DNA of 62,716 bases, counting the filler, from Stramenopiles sp. TOSAG23-6 (taxonomy: Eukaryota): the NCBI GenBank assembly GCA_900128565.1. It is 27 parts of 27 records of this genome, joined end to end, with 100 filler letters (N's around TTAATTAATTAA, not from the genome) between each part and the next. Parts side by side here need not be neighbours in the genome. Positions count along the whole stretch, not along the records: positions 1 to 2,244 come from LT638186.1; positions 2,345 to 4,587 come from LT638187.1; positions 4,688 to 6,926 come from LT638188.1; positions 7,027 to 9,262 come from LT638189.1; positions 9,363 to 11,597 come from LT638190.1; positions 11,698 to 13,932 come from LT638191.1; 21 more parts are not named here. One strand, given 5' to 3'. Positions 1 through 13,079 of the stretch are shown here, in pieces (the stretch's first letter is position 1; every line of letters begins with the position of its first letter). The notes under the pieces were generated by a model. The model did no database searches, was not told where the DNA came from, and worked only from the letters and a program-made list of their open reading frames with translations. Made by a program: the position numbers and the translations under genes.

Positions 1-60
1 TTTTTCGTACGAAATTTTGTACCTAACGATTTTTTTTTGAAATATTTTTCCAAAAAACAT

Positions 61-1586
61 GAAAGAGCCATATTGCGTCAATCTAATGAGCCTCAGAAGA
101 GTAATGAATATACCAAGGATAATATTGATTTTGGAATCCATGGAATTAAAACACTCCAATTGTATGTATGTTTTCAGCATGAATTTTAAATTTAATATTT
201 TTCATACGAAATATTGTACCTAACGATTTTTCGAAAACAAAAAAAAATATTTTTTTTCTAAATACAGGCAGGATTGTGTCATGAACTTAAAAGTGAGGTT
301 CGAAACGCGTTTCATTTTGAAGAAGATATCAGTGATCCAGGTACTGAAAAAAATACTGAAACCGAAACAGTTTTACAATATTTGCAACTAGGAGAGGAAA
401 ATCTCACCTATACGACATGTATGTTTTATTTTTTTTTCAAATTCAAATATTTTTTTCGTACGAAATTTTGTACCTAACGTTTTTTTTTTGAAATATTTTT
501 TAAAAATACATCCAGACCAATTGTAACACATGATGAAATATCTGAGCAATTATGTACAAAATTTAAAAAAACTATGGAAGAACTGCAAAAAAAGATTAAA
601 ACTATCAGAATTGCTGAACATGTAGAATACTTTATAAGACTTTATCAGTATGTATGTTTTATTTTTTTTTCAAATTCGACGTTTTTTTTTCGTACGAAAT
701 TTTGTACCTAACAAATTTTCAAGATTTTTTTTCAAATATTTTTACAAAACACATGGATCTCACCTTTTCAAACCTGCAAAAATAGTTTTCTACGAATTTA
801 TTATATGGATGACATATGTACGTTTTATATGAATTTCTAATGTAACGTTTTTTTCATACGAAATTTCGTACCTAACGATTTTAATTTTTGAAATATTTTT
901 TCATCATCCATCTCCATAGCTTTTCAGCAAGTAAATTTTACAAAAAAAGAGGATACTCAGGAAGAGGAAAATACAAAACAAAAATGGAGAGAATGACAAT
1001 TCTTAGATTACAAGCCATAGGTTGCGATAGGAAAACAATAAAAGAGAGAATTAAAATGCTTAGAGTACAGCCAACCGATATTGAATTAAATTCCCATTCT
1101 AAAGAAAAAAATAACCCTAACCCTTCCCATTCTAAAGAAAAAAATATTTCTTATGTTGAAACAAAAGAAACCAAAGTAACAGAAGATGTAGAATGTACTA
1201 GTAATCTGAGAGAGAGAGATTCCAGTTACACACCACCACCTTCTTTCAACGAATATAACTTCCCTTGTTTATTTTCGAAACCTTCAACAACAGCCAGCAG
1301 CCTTGTAGAGAAAACAAAGAAATCCGGCCTTTTAGAGGAAACAAAGACATCCAAAAGAGAAGGAAACAATAAAAAAACAAAGAAATCCGGCCTTTTAGAG
1401 GAAACAAAGACACACAAAAGAGAAGGAAACAATAAAAAAAAGAAAAAAAAAGAAACAAGGAAGAAAAAGGGGGAAAAGAAGACAGAAAGGGAAAACAGTA
1501 TGAAAAAAAAAACAAGAGGAAAAATAGATGGGAAACAAAAACAGTATGAAAAAAGAAAGAAAGAAAGACAAATCCTTAGAATATAA
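61..1586 (+). CDS. Multi-exon hypothetical protein, 3' part, with Lys-rich C-terminus (exons 61-165, 268-418, 512-651, 755-817, 912-1586)
   Basis: Open frame after removing introns 166-267 (GT-AG), 419-511, 652-754 and 818-911 (all GT-AT); TAA at 1584-1586. Confidence 0.7.
419..511 (+). other. GT-AT intron (family member)
   Basis: ACA T|GTATGT...AAAATACAT|CC AGA keeps the frame open; the next AG (CCAG) gives a stop three codons later. Confidence 0.75.
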
Positions 1587-1611
1587 TTGAAATAAAAGAT
1601 TTTATTTCAGG

Positions 1612-2192
1612 TTAAGTTTTCATTATCTTCCGTCATAGCTAAAATTTGATTAAACCGACGCTCCCAATCTTGCGAATCTTTTTTCTCTTTTATCAATAGA
1701 TTTTCAATCATTGTGAAAAAATATTTCCAAAAAAAAAAAACTAAAATTTGTTAGGTACAAAATTTCGTACGAAAAAAAAATAAATTCGAAATTGAAATGA
1801 AAACGTACAACCCTATCTAATTCAGTCCGTAGCGTGTCAATCATTTTTGTATTTTCTATGTGTAAGATATTTTTGTGCTTATTCATTTGTTTAATCTCAC
1901 TTTCAAGAGTCATTATTTTCATCTCTTGTTCCATTTCTTTCTGTTTTGCTTCTACGTTTTTTTCTCTCTCCTCAAGAAATGATCTGTGAAAAAATATGTC
2001 AAATTTGAAATTTGTTAGTTTTTATGAATAGTTTTTTTTTTTATGAATAGTACAATTTTTTTTTTCTGTTTTTTTTTTTAACAAAAATAACAAAAAAAAA
2101 CACAATGCATTTGAAATTCTTATGAAAATGTACTCGTTTTTTTCAATTTTGGCACTTCATTTTGTAAAGATTTTAATAATCGAATATCAGAT
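1612..2192 (-). CDS. Multi-exon coiled-coil protein, 3' part
   Basis: E/K/Q-rich exons (MEQEMKIMTLESEIKQMNK...) separated by minus-strand family introns; ends approximate. Confidence 0.45.
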
Positions 2193-2244
2193 GTATTTTG
2201 GAAAAATATTTCAAAAAAAATCGTTAGGTACAAAATTTCGTACG

Positions 2245-2344
2245 NNNNNNNNNNNNNNNNNNNNNNNNNNNNNNNNNNNNNNNNNNNNTTAATTAATTAA
2301 NNNNNNNNNNNNNNNNNNNNNNNNNNNNNNNNNNNNNNNNNNNN
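2245..2344. other. Artificial contig spacer (N-run + TTAATTAATTAA + N-run, 100 nt); 26 such spacers in the window
   Basis: Identical stop-in-all-frames linker every ~2.3 kb; flanking contig lengths decrease monotonically (2244, 2243, 2239 ... 2206). Confidence 0.98.
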
Positions 2345-2580
2345 CTTATTGAATTAATATCAGAATTTAATATATCTTTTTCATCACTTATTGAATTAAT
2401 ATCAGAATTTAATATATCTTTTTCATCACTTATTGAATTAATATCAGAATTTAATATATCTTCTTCATCACTTATTGAATTAATATCAGAATTTAATATA
2501 TCTTTCATTTTCATATCCTCTTCATCACTTATTAAATTAATATCAGAATTTAATATATCTTTCATTTTCATATCTTTTTC
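2345..2580 (-). repeat. Coding 42-bp tandem repeat (ISDEKDILNSDINS)n
   Basis: Repeated CTTATTGAATTAATATCAGAATTTAATATATCTTTTTCATCA units. Confidence 0.9.
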
Positions 2581-4480
2581 ATCAATGATTTCAAGAGATT
2601 TCTGATCAATTTTATCAAATATATCATCATCCAATATATTATCACCATCATCATCATCAATCATACTACTAACAGCTCTTTCACTTGAGATTGTTTCAGG
2701 CTCAGATATAATAGATTCTTTTTCAATTTCATTAATGATCATCGTAGATTTCGTGTCGAGACTAAAACGAACGCCTTCTTTTCCTGTAGATGTAGTATTG
2801 ATATCGTTACATAAATTGATTGTATTCACTTCAATATTTGAAATAATATTATTTTGTGACTCTGCAGAATCCGAATTATGTTTCTGTTGTTTTGATACAA
2901 TCGAATTTGAAATAGCATTATTTTGTGACTCTGTAGAATCCGAATTATGTTTCTGTTGTTTTGATACAATCGAATTTGGTGTTTCAGGTGTCTTCATTAA
3001 TACACATTCTGATAACCATCCATGTATTTTGGAAAAAGTATTTCAAAAAAAAAAACTTAAATTTGTTAGGTACAAAATTTTTATAAAAAAATAGATTCGA
3101 TTTTTTTGTTAAAAAAATAAATAAAACATACATTGCATTGAGATGCTGCATTTAATACATGACGCCAAGGTTTACTTTTCCCTAATAAACTCTTATTTCC
3201 AACTATAATTAGGTGTCGTTTGGCCCTGGTAATTGCAACATTCATACGAGATGGCGAATCAATAAACCCAATGGAAGAGGATCGTACATGTAATTTGAAA
3301 AAATATTTCAAAAAAAAATTTTGAAAATTTGTTAGGTACAAAATTTTTATAAAAAAAAATTTAAATTTTTTTGTAAAAAAAAAAAAACACATACAGTACT
3401 AACTATAATTACTTCTTTTTCAGCTCCTTGAAATGTATTTTGGAAAAATATTTCAAAATTTTTTTTACCAAAAAAAAAAAATTTGTTAGGTACAAAATTT
3501 CGTATAAAAAAAATAAATTCGATTTTTTTTTTACCGGAAAAAAAAAAAAATAAAACATACATGCATCTACAGTTGACACATCGACATCAATCGCTTCACT
3601 ATTAGAAATATATGATAACAGAGTAGAAACAAGGCAAACTTGAGCTTTATATAAACAAATTACACCAATATTTTTTGCATGAACTCCAGAGGATAAAATC
3701 CAAGTGACCATTCGTTTCACTGTCTTAGCTTCAGCTCTATTACTAATACTATGATAGTTATCATATTGTTCACTAGCATCAAGTATTTTGGAAAAATATT
3801 TCAAAATTTACCAAAAAAAAAAAATTCGTTAGGTACAAAATTTTTATAAAAAAAAAATTCGATTTTTTTGTAAAAAAAAAAAAAATAAAAAAACATACAA
3901 CATGAAAGAAAGAAATAGGTGGCCAAGGAAGGACATGATGTCTATCTTGCAGTGTTATACCATCTTTTAATGTTCCATTGTAAAAAAGTTTATTTGAGAT
4001 AGCCGATATTTTGGGATGGCAACGATATTGGATATTTAATACTATAGGTTTAAATCCAGTGATTGCAAGACGTTCAAACATAGTTCGCTCAAGTAATTTA
4101 TTATTGCCACTTGGTACATTCGAAATTGAATTACTTTTTTTTGTACCAAATTTCGTACCTAAAGAATTTTGAATGGGTAGAGCGTCACCTTTTTTATTAT
4201 TTGGACGTTGAGCAAGTACTGGGGGAAGTTGTTTAGGGTCTCCGACAGCAACTAAACATTTGGCATATTTTGTGAATCATATTTTTTTGTTTTTTTTTTC
4301 ATTGAGAAAAAACATCGTTACGTACAAAATTTCGTACCAAAAAAAAAAAAAAAATGAACTTTATGATGAAAACGTACATGAAAACGAGAAATTGGAAGTA
4401 AAGCACATGGTTCTATCATTTGGGAGCACTCGTCTAATAAAATAATATCAAATGTTTGATTCTCGAGACATTGATGTTCG
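2345..4480 (-). CDS. ZGRF1: UPF1-like SF1 helicase, ZGRF1-like (partial, multi-exon)
   Basis: Spliced motifs VGDPKQLPP, LERTMFERL, QYRCHPKISAISNKLFYNG, IGVICLYKAQ, VSTVDAFQGAEKE, GFIDSPSRMNVAITRAKRHLIIVG. Confidence 0.8.
3288..3394 (-). other. GT-AT intron (VST|VRS)
   Basis: ACT|GTATGT...AATTACAT|GTA CGA restores IIVSTVRSSSIGF. Confidence 0.85.
3433..3560 (-). other. GT-AT intron splitting the helicase motif VDA-F-QG
   Basis: GCA T|GTATGT...AAAATACAT|TT CAA GGA; using the next AG deletes FQ and creates TGA. Confidence 0.9.
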
Positions 4481-4687
4481 CATGTATTGTGAAACAAAAA
4501 AACAAAAAATCAAAAAAAATCATTAGGTACAAAATTTCGTATGAAAAAACAATTTGAAATTGAAAAAAATCATTAGGTACAACATTTNNNNNNNNNNNNN
4601 NNNNNNNNNNNNNNNNNNNNNNNNNNNNNNNTTAATTAATTAANNNNNNNNNNNNNNNNNNNNNNNNNNNNNNNNNNNNNNNNNNNN

Positions 4688-6070
4688 TACTTTAGAGTAC
4701 ATGAAATCAATTCGTCATTGGTCAAAGATATATGGTACTTCTTCAGACATGATGCCGGAGAGTTTCGTCGAATGTTTAATTCGATTAGCAATACTAAAGT
4801 ACAAATACTTATACCCCGATGATATGTGTGGTAATAATATTATTGAAAGGATCAAGAAAGTATTGGATGACGATTTTACACCAAAAGCGTTTTGTTTTGA
4901 TTTAGATAGGTTCAGGGAACTTATATTTAGTGATCCTCATATACGAAATTTGATAACAAATGAAGCTATAGGTAATTTAAAACAAACCATTACCCTTGAC
5001 GAAATGATGGAAATGCTTACCGACTGTGGACTTTATAGTACGCAACATTCAAGAAATACTGTAACCAATACTGTAGTACTACCACTACTACAAGTTTCGT
5101 ATATATTCAATAATGTACAAAGTTCAAAACTAGGTAGAAAAGGTCGAAGGAAAGAGTCTCCAAATGATATTGAAGAAGATACATTAGAAATTGATTTCAA
5201 GGAGTTTGTCGAAGTAGTGATGGTACTTGCATTTTATATTAAACCAAATCCATACGAACATAGAGCGTTAAAAATCAAAGCGTTGATTAAAAGATTAAAA
5301 CGTAGTTGTACTCTAGCATCTTCAAAAACAGTTCCACGAAAACAATGCCGAACAATCATCAAGAAGAGTTTTAGTGAAGCAGTTGCATGTCAAGTTGCAA
5401 AATACAATATAAATGAGCAGCTTTTGCGAAATGCATTAATTTTAAATTGGTGGGTATGGCAAAAAAAATGGACCAAGTTATTTGAAAGTATTCATGCAAT
5501 CAAGAGCACCAAAAATGTTGCAGCAGCTAAAAAAGCAAGTAAAATGTTTATTAAAAATTCTTTTGTGAAGAAAAAATTGAGAGAAGTTCGACTTAGTGCT
5601 GAAGGTAAAATCCGAAATTTAAGAGTAATGCATCGAGCAGCCTTACTGATACAATGTGCTTATCGTGGAAGAGTTGCTAGAAAAATGCTTCGAATGAAAC
5701 GCATCAGAAAGAAAGCTGCAATAGGANNNNNNNNNNNNNNNNNNNNNNNNNNNNNNNNNNNNNNNNNNNNNNNNNNNNNNNNNNNNNNNNNNNNNNNNNN
5801 NNNNNNNNNNNNNNNNNNNNNNNNNNNNNNNNNNNNNNNNNNNNNNNNNNNNNNCTGTGACAGTAATTCAAGTTGCAGAGCGAGGACGACAAAGCACGCG
5901 TAACTATCTTGAAAAAACAACGAAATGAGAATTTGTCAGCAACAAAGATTCAAAACCTCCAGCGGACTCGTGTAGCCCGTCGTAAGACGAAACGAATACG
6001 TAAAGAGAAGAAGGCAGCTATAACAATTCAAACAGCTCAACGTGAGAAAATATCTCGGAAACGGATATAA
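4688..6070 (+). CDS. IQ-motif (calmodulin-binding) protein, partial, with an internal N gap
   Basis: AALLIQCAYRGRVAR, ATKIQNLQRTRVAR and AAITIQTAQR motifs. Confidence 0.7.
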
Positions 6071-6161
6071 TACGATCAAATTTATCGAAATTATAGTTTC
6101 ATCTTATTACACGGAAATAAAATTTAAAAATATAATTTCTTAAAATAAGTAAATCTACACT

Positions 6162-6926
6162 TTATAAGCTCAGTTCAAGAGCAAGTGGAACATGATCACT
6201 GAATCCCCATTTGTTCTTCCATCTAAAACAATTCTTAATTCGTTTTGCGATGCCTTTACTTAATACGAAATAANNNNNNNNNNNNNNNNNNNNNNNNNNN
6301 NNNNNNNNNNNNNNNNNNNCCAATAGGTATAGCCTTCTGCTCGAGCTAGTTGGTCTTCTGCACTTTCATCCACATGTATTTTGAAAAATATATTTTTTTT
6401 TGAAGAATATTTCCGTTAGGTACAAAATTTCGTACGAAACAAAATTCGAAATTTAAAAAAATTAAAACATACATTTTCCGTCTGATGCAATGACCACCAT
6501 GCATCTGTCCACCGTAAACATGTCGATTCATCGTCAATCGGTCCAGGACGATTCAGAAGTATAGTTCGTTTTGATCTTGCTTCCTCAGAGATNNNNNNNN
6601 NNNNNNNNNNNNNNNNNNNNNNNNNNNNNNNNNNNNNNNNNNNATCCTTCACATCAGAATCTGCATGTGCGACGTTCAAATCACCTGTCCAGATGACTGA
6701 TTTACCAGATGCTTCTAATGAAACCAAATACTTTTTGAAGTCGACGTCCCACTCATTTGCACGATAATCAAGTCTTTCTAATTTCATACCACTGTTGGGT
6801 ACATAAGAGTTGACAAGGAAAAAGTCTTTGAATTCTAAAGTAATTACACGACCTTCTTTATCGTGTTTTGCAATATTGATTCCTCGCGTGACTTTGTAAT
6901 CACCAAAACAACGAAAAAAGTTATTA
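6162..6926 (-). CDS. AP endonuclease / exonuclease III (APE1 family), 3' part
   Basis: GRVITLEF, YVPNSG, VIWTGDLNVAH, YTYW and SDHVPL motifs; GT-AT intron 6374-6472. Confidence 0.9.
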
Positions 6927-7077
6927 NNNNNNNNNNNNNNNNNNNNNNNNNNNNNNNNNNNNNNNNNNNNTTAATTAATTAANNNNNNNNNNNNNNNNNN
7001 NNNNNNNNNNNNNNNNNNNNNNNNNNGAAATTTTGTACCTAACGAATTTTTTTTTGAAATATTTTTCCAAAATACAT

Positions 7078-8289
7078 TTTCTCAGAAACAATTTGAAGGT
7101 ACAGAAGGTCATCGTCGTTTTTTGTTACAGAGAAAGATAGATGCAATAACCTCAGGCGATGTACGATTTAAAATGACATCTGATTTTGTAGATGATGATA
7201 CTAAGGGTAGAGTTTTTGATGATTTATTAGCACCAACTGCAGAAAATCAAGCAGAACTTGACTCTCGTGCTGAAATCGCAAAAGACGCAATTGAGAGAGA
7301 AGATTCGGAGATTCGTCCCTGGTGAAACAAACAATTCAATATGTGAAAATAAAGAATTGAAGAAACAAAATGATTCAAAGAAATCAAGAAAAGATTTGTC
7401 AATTACGGACCGAAGTACGAAATGTGGTAAAACATCTGAATCCGAACGAATTTCAATATTTGCGTCTGCCAAGGCACAGTATAGTAACAAAAAAACACCA
7501 CAACATACATCAAACTTTGATACTACCTCAGCTGAAAGTGAAGGTGAAAATGTTTCGAATATACTTTCTTCAAATGTTGTATCGCTTCCATCCGAAAGAA
7601 CAAATGAAGCAAATGAAAATGTACCATCTATTCAAGTTGACACAGGATTTGGAACTGTATCGTCATCATGGGTAGGTTTATTTCCAGCGGACAAGCGAGG
7701 CCTTCAAGTTAGAGGTAATAAAAAAGAAGAGGATTGGAAGGTTGGTGAAGAGTCTCAGGGTAAAGAGCTTGCAGAATGGGAAGAAGAAGATGCAAATACA
7801 TTTAGTTTTGGATTCAATTTTGGTTCAGATTCAACAGTTCATGAACCAAAACCAACGCAAGAGCAAAACGAATTTGCATTTGGATTTTCCAATCCAACTC
7901 AAGATAGTACTGAATGTTTTCCAAATGAGAATGATGACTCTAGTAATGAAAGTGATAGTAGCAGTAGTAGTGAAAGTGACTCTAGTGACGACGATGATGA
8001 TAAAATACAAAAGAAACAGCCCGAGAAACATAAGAGTACAATGAAAGTAGTACCATTAGCAACAAGTACAATTAGTAGTGTAAACACTACGTCATTTGCG
8101 TCAAGTTTCTGGTCTGGTGGAGCTCTGAACGAAACAAGCAAACCCCAAAATGTTGCTATTACTGCAGGTAGCACGATCGCCACGGACTCTGCTGAAGCAA
8201 AACGAGAAAAACGACGGAAACTAACAAGAGACTTTCGTAGAAAATCGCGCCAAGCAGCAAAATATCGTGGCCGGAAAAGATACGGCTAA
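7078..8289 (+). CDS. Nucleolar protein NOL8-like C-terminal region, with an apparent frameshift near 7290
   Basis: QFEGxxG...GDxRFKMxxxF motif, acidic/Ser tract and basic C-terminus, recalled as resembling NOL8. Confidence 0.45.
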
Positions 8290-8333
8290 GTTTTGTACAC
8301 AAAATATTTTTATCTCTGAATTTTATAAAGTAA

Positions 8334-9262
8334 TTATATCTCTGCTATTTGGGCATATGCTTCGAATTCTTTACGGTCTATCATACCATTACCATCTTCA
8401 TCAAAATCATCAAAATCTGCTTCGTCGCCGAAACCAGAGTCTAGAAATTCTTTTTTTGTCAAATAATTATCACCATCTCCATCAGCCTCGCTATACATAT
8501 TATCATATTTTCGACCAACAGCCAACATTGATTGCACAATATCATTTGCTTTGGTCCGGGAAACTTGAAAACTTTCAACTAAATATTGGTGATGTTTTTC
8601 TTTCTCTATTTTGTTTCTCTTCATATCTCGATCATTCTTATTATATTTATAAAGATCTTTTGAGTTAGTAGATCCATATGGTGAAATATCACCAAGCATT
8701 GATTGTCCATTTTCACTTATAATACCTTTTAATTCTGTAGCTAAGCCATACGCTCCACCGCCATGATGAATTTCAGCATGTGATGATGTTACTGCAGCTT
8801 GTAAGTGTGGCAATCTTTGAAATACACGTGCCAAAATTCCACCTGTTGCCGGTCCACGTGCAATTCCATCAGATGTTATATGTTTTTTAAGTGATGTCAT
8901 TACATCAACAGTTATACCACCAGGACCAACCAATGAAGACTTATATTTTTTAAATTCTAATTCAAATGCATGTTTTGTTTGATATGCTTGCATTTGCTTT
9001 GTTTTGATGATAGGATCAATCATATGAAATGCAATAGGTGGTTTTCTGATATCTAAATCTCCAATCCGGATTAATGACATTCCTAGTCTTGCACCTGAAC
9101 GTTCAATTGGGCCAGCTTTCCCATTCAATGGTATAAATGCACCTATAATAGCACCTTTATGACCAAGTCCAGGGCGAAGGACAACTCCGAGATTATTCAG
9201 ACCAGCTGCAACGTTGTTATTTGAGTCACTGCCTTGCATTTTGACAATTATTGTTGTTCCTG
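8334..9262 (-). CDS. EF-hand protein, 3' part
   Basis: DGDGDNYLTKKEF and DEDGNGMIDRKEF EF-hand loops. Confidence 0.8.
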
Positions 9263-9438
9263 NNNNNNNNNNNNNNNNNNNNNNNNNNNNNNNNNNNNNN
9301 NNNNNNTTAATTAATTAANNNNNNNNNNNNNNNNNNNNNNNNNNNNNNNNNNNNNNNNNNNNTTGTTAGGTACGGAATTTTTTTACGAAAAAAAAACAAA
9401 CAAAAAAAAATTAAATTAGACATTCATATACAACGTAC

Positions 9439-10443
9439 ATTTCCTCCCATGGAATGGCCAATAAAATGAAGTGGTTTTGTTTCACACCATCCCGGATAAT
9501 CACCGACTTCAATAGAACCAAATCGACTATGTTTGCATCGTTTGGATTTCTCCTCTCCATAATCTACTTGACCTCCTTTGAGTTGATAAAAAAGTTCACA
9601 CGCTCGATCATGATCAGATGACAACGGACCCAAACGTGATACAAAAACTCGCCGATCTAATAATTCTGCACCTGCCCAATAACTCGGCATCCATTGAGAA
9701 TGTCCACGACCCCAACCACAAATACCATGAACAAGAACAAAGGGACAATTATTTTCATTGGCCACGAAATCCGCGACATTTGCAAGACGTTCTTGGGAAA
9801 ATGAACTTTGCATGGTTTGTATTCGAATATTTGGATCTATTGCTGGCGTTGTCACAGCAGGACTAGAATGTACATTACTCGGTGGAGTATTCTGGGCATT
9901 CAATACCTGACCTGCAGCAACATCCCCTTGTAGAGTTGTGCCAGACGTTGCTAGGCTATGAACATTTCGTATACCTGATATTGTTGCTGCAATGGTAGCC
10001 TGTGTTGCAGTGGCAGCGACAGTAAATGGTACAAAAATATCGGTAGGCTGAGGACGGCGAAGTTTTAGAAAGGCCTTTTCTGTTAGGACAATGAGCCAAA
10101 TTGAAAGAGTTCTTAAAGACATCCAGCAAAAAGTAAAATGAAAAGCGATGCTTTCATGCAACAGAGGCCAAACAATATTTCGAAAAGGCCATAACCAGAT
10201 ACGAAAGCACAAAAAGTCGATACAAAACAGTATCTGTCGAGTAAAGAACCAAATGATGCGAAGCAAAATCCTCAAACTTGTTCCCTGTGTCAGCTCCCAT
10301 AATTCGCCATAAGGGTCGAGATTTAGTTTAGGGAAACGTTCACCACTCCTACTACTGCATTCATCTTGCTCTGGTTGTGAGTTTTTATCAAAAGATACAC
10401 GTCTCCTTCTCTTGACATCGTGCGCTGCATTTTTTNAANACAT
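9439..10443 (-). CDS. Triacylglycerol lipase (alpha/beta hydrolase), first exon
   Basis: FVLVHGICGWG, GPLSSDHDRACELFYQLKGGQVDYG, LHFIGHSMGG; ends at a GTACGT family donor. Confidence 0.88.
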
Positions 10444-10744
10444 CTCAAANAANTTNATCAAATTTTGGGTATGGTCTATACTGGCAAAGATAACGCAGAA
10501 TCTATGGTTGTTATCCAATTCCAATGATCTCTCTCAAGTCTTGTTGCCAAGGTTATAGAACCTTGTTGTTGCCTTCCAAAGGACCATTTGCGGTTTTTTT
10601 GACCAGTCAAAAAACACGAAATACGTACTTATATAATTGTGATCGTTGTTTTTTCTTCGTTTGACTTGACACATGCACAGTGGAGAGACGAATTCGGAAT
10701 TCCTCCTCCTGTGTAGATCCGAGAGTAAGGTAGTACGTAACAAC

Positions 10745-11597
10745 ATGACTGAGAATGATTCAGCAACTGTGCTTCCCAAATTGAGTGTTACACTCATTAC
10801 AGGATTTCTGGGATCTGGAAAGACCACGCTTCTTAATCGTATTCTTTCGGAAAATCATGGTAAAAAGTTTGCTGTGGTTGAAAACGAATTTGGCGAAGTT
10901 GGTATTGATGATGTTCTCGTAAAGCAAAAAATTCAACTTGAAGGGACTGATGAAAACAACATTTGTATGGAAATGAATAATGGCTGTATATGCTGTACAG
11001 TACGTGCGGATATGGCAAAGACATTAAATTCTTTGCTTGACCTGCATCGAAGTGGAAAAACATTGGACGGAATCATCATCGAGACAACAGGTATGGCTGA
11101 CCCTGGTCCAGTTGTCCAAACGCTTTTTGTCGATGAAGGTATCAGTGATGGAATATACTTAGATGGTGTATTAACTGTAGTCGATGTCAAACATATAAAA
11201 AAACATCTTGATGAAAAGACTGGTGGTGAGGCAGTGAACCAGGTGGCATATGCTGATCGACTTCTATTGAACAAAATCGACCTTGTGACAAAAGAAGAAG
11301 CCGATAGCGTCGAGGACCGAATCACCAAAATTAATGGTACAGCTCGTGTCATTCGTTGTACGCATGCGAAGGTAGATATGGATGTGTTGTTGGGAATTCG
11401 AGCTTTTGAATTAAATCGTATCACCTCGATGGACCCAGCCTTCTTAAATGTCGATGATCACGATGAAACTTGCACTGAGGAAGACTGTGACCATGATCAC
11501 CATGACCATAATCATACACACGGTCATAAGCATGATCATAAGCATGAAAAAGATGGTCACGATCATAAACATGAAAAAGATGGTCACGATCATAAAC
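10745..11597 (+). CDS. COG0523/CobW (ZNG1-like) zinc-chaperone GTPase with His-rich region, partial
   Basis: ITGFLGSGKTT, VVENEFGEVGID, GCICCTVR, IETTGMADP, LLNKIDL, His-rich tract. Confidence 0.95.
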
Positions 11598-11773
11598 NNN
11601 NNNNNNNNNNNNNNNNNNNNNNNNNNNNNNNNNNNNNNNNNTTAATTAATTAANNNNNNNNNNNNNNNNNNNNNNNNNNNNNNNNNNNNNNNNNNNNTTG
11701 TTAGGTACGGAATTTTTTTACGAAAAAAAAACAAACAAAAAAAAATTAAATTAGACATTCATATACAACGTAC

Positions 11774-12778
11774 ATTTCCTCCCATGGAATGGCCAATAAA
11801 ATGAAGTGGTTTTGTTTCACACCATCCCGGATAATCACCGACTTCAATAGAACCAAATCGACTATGTTTGCATCGTTTGGATTTCTCCTCTCCATAATCT
11901 ACTTGACCTCCTTTGAGTTGATAAAAAAGTTCACACGCTCGATCATGATCAGATGACAACGGACCCAAACGTGATACAAAAACTCGCCGATCTAATAATT
12001 CTGCACCTGCCCAATAACTCGGCATCCATTGAGAATGTCCACGACCCCAACCACAAATACCATGAACAAGAACAAAGGGACAATTATTTTCATTGGCCAC
12101 GAAATCCGCGACATTTGCAAGACGTTCTTGGGAAAATGAACTTTGCATGGTTTGTATTCGAATATTTGGATCTATTGCTGGCGTTGTCACAGCAGGACTA
12201 GAATGTACATTACTCGGTGGAGTATTCTGGGCATTCAATACCTGACCTGCAGCAACATCCCCTTGTAGAGTTGTGCCAGACGTTGCTAGGCTATGAACAT
12301 TTCGTATACCTGATATTGTTGCTGCAATGGTAGCCTGTGTTGCAGTGGCAGCGACAGTAAATGGTACAAAAATATCGGTAGGCTGAGGACGGCGAAGTTT
12401 TAGAAAGGCCTTTTCTGTTAGGACAATGAGCCAAATTGAAAGAGTTCTTAAAGACATCCAGCAAAAAGTAAAATGAAAAGCGATGCTTTCATGCAACAGA
12501 GGCCAAACAATATTTCGAAAAGGCCATAACCAGATACGAAAGCACAAAAAGTCGATACAAAACAGTATCTGTCGAGTAAAGAACCAAATGATGCGAAGCA
12601 AAATCCTCAAACTTGTTCCCTGTGTCAGCTCCCATAATTCGCCATAAGGGTCGAGATTTAGTTTAGGGAAACGTTCACCACTCCTACTACTGCATTCATC
12701 TTGCTCTGGTTGTGAGTTTTTATCAAAAGATACACGTCTCCTTCTCTTGACATCGTGCGCTGCATTTTTTNAANACAT
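11774..12778 (-). CDS. Lipase, redundant copy 2
   Basis: Identical to 9439-10443. Confidence 0.85.
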
Positions 12779-13079
12779 CTCAAANAANTTNATCAAATTT
12801 TGGGTATGGTCTATACTGGCAAAGATAACGCAGAATCTATGGTTGTTATCCAATTCCAATGATCTCTCTCAAGTCTTGTTGCCAAGGTTATAGAACCTTG
12901 TTGTTGCCTTCCAAAGGACCATTTGCGGTTTTTTTGACCAGTCAAAAAACACGAAATACGTACTTATATAATTGTGATCGTTGTTTTTTCTTCGTTTGAC
13001 TTGACACATGCACAGTGGAGAGACGAATTCGGAATTCCTCCTCCTGTGTAGATCCGAGAGTAAGGTAGTACGTAACAAC

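Noticed and set aside
1-911. CRISPR-like array (conserved palindromic repeat with unique spacers)
   Set aside because: Spacing is irregular, the spacers are eukaryotic exons and there are no cas genes
2289-2300. Periodic TTAATTAATTAA motif as a biological repeat
   Set aside because: Always centred in a 100-nt N spacer; it is a concatenation linker
3433-3560. U12-type AT-AC intron reading of the family
   Set aside because: Possible by a 2-nt slide here, but there is no ATATCCTT donor, and the same slide gives a stop in TOP6B
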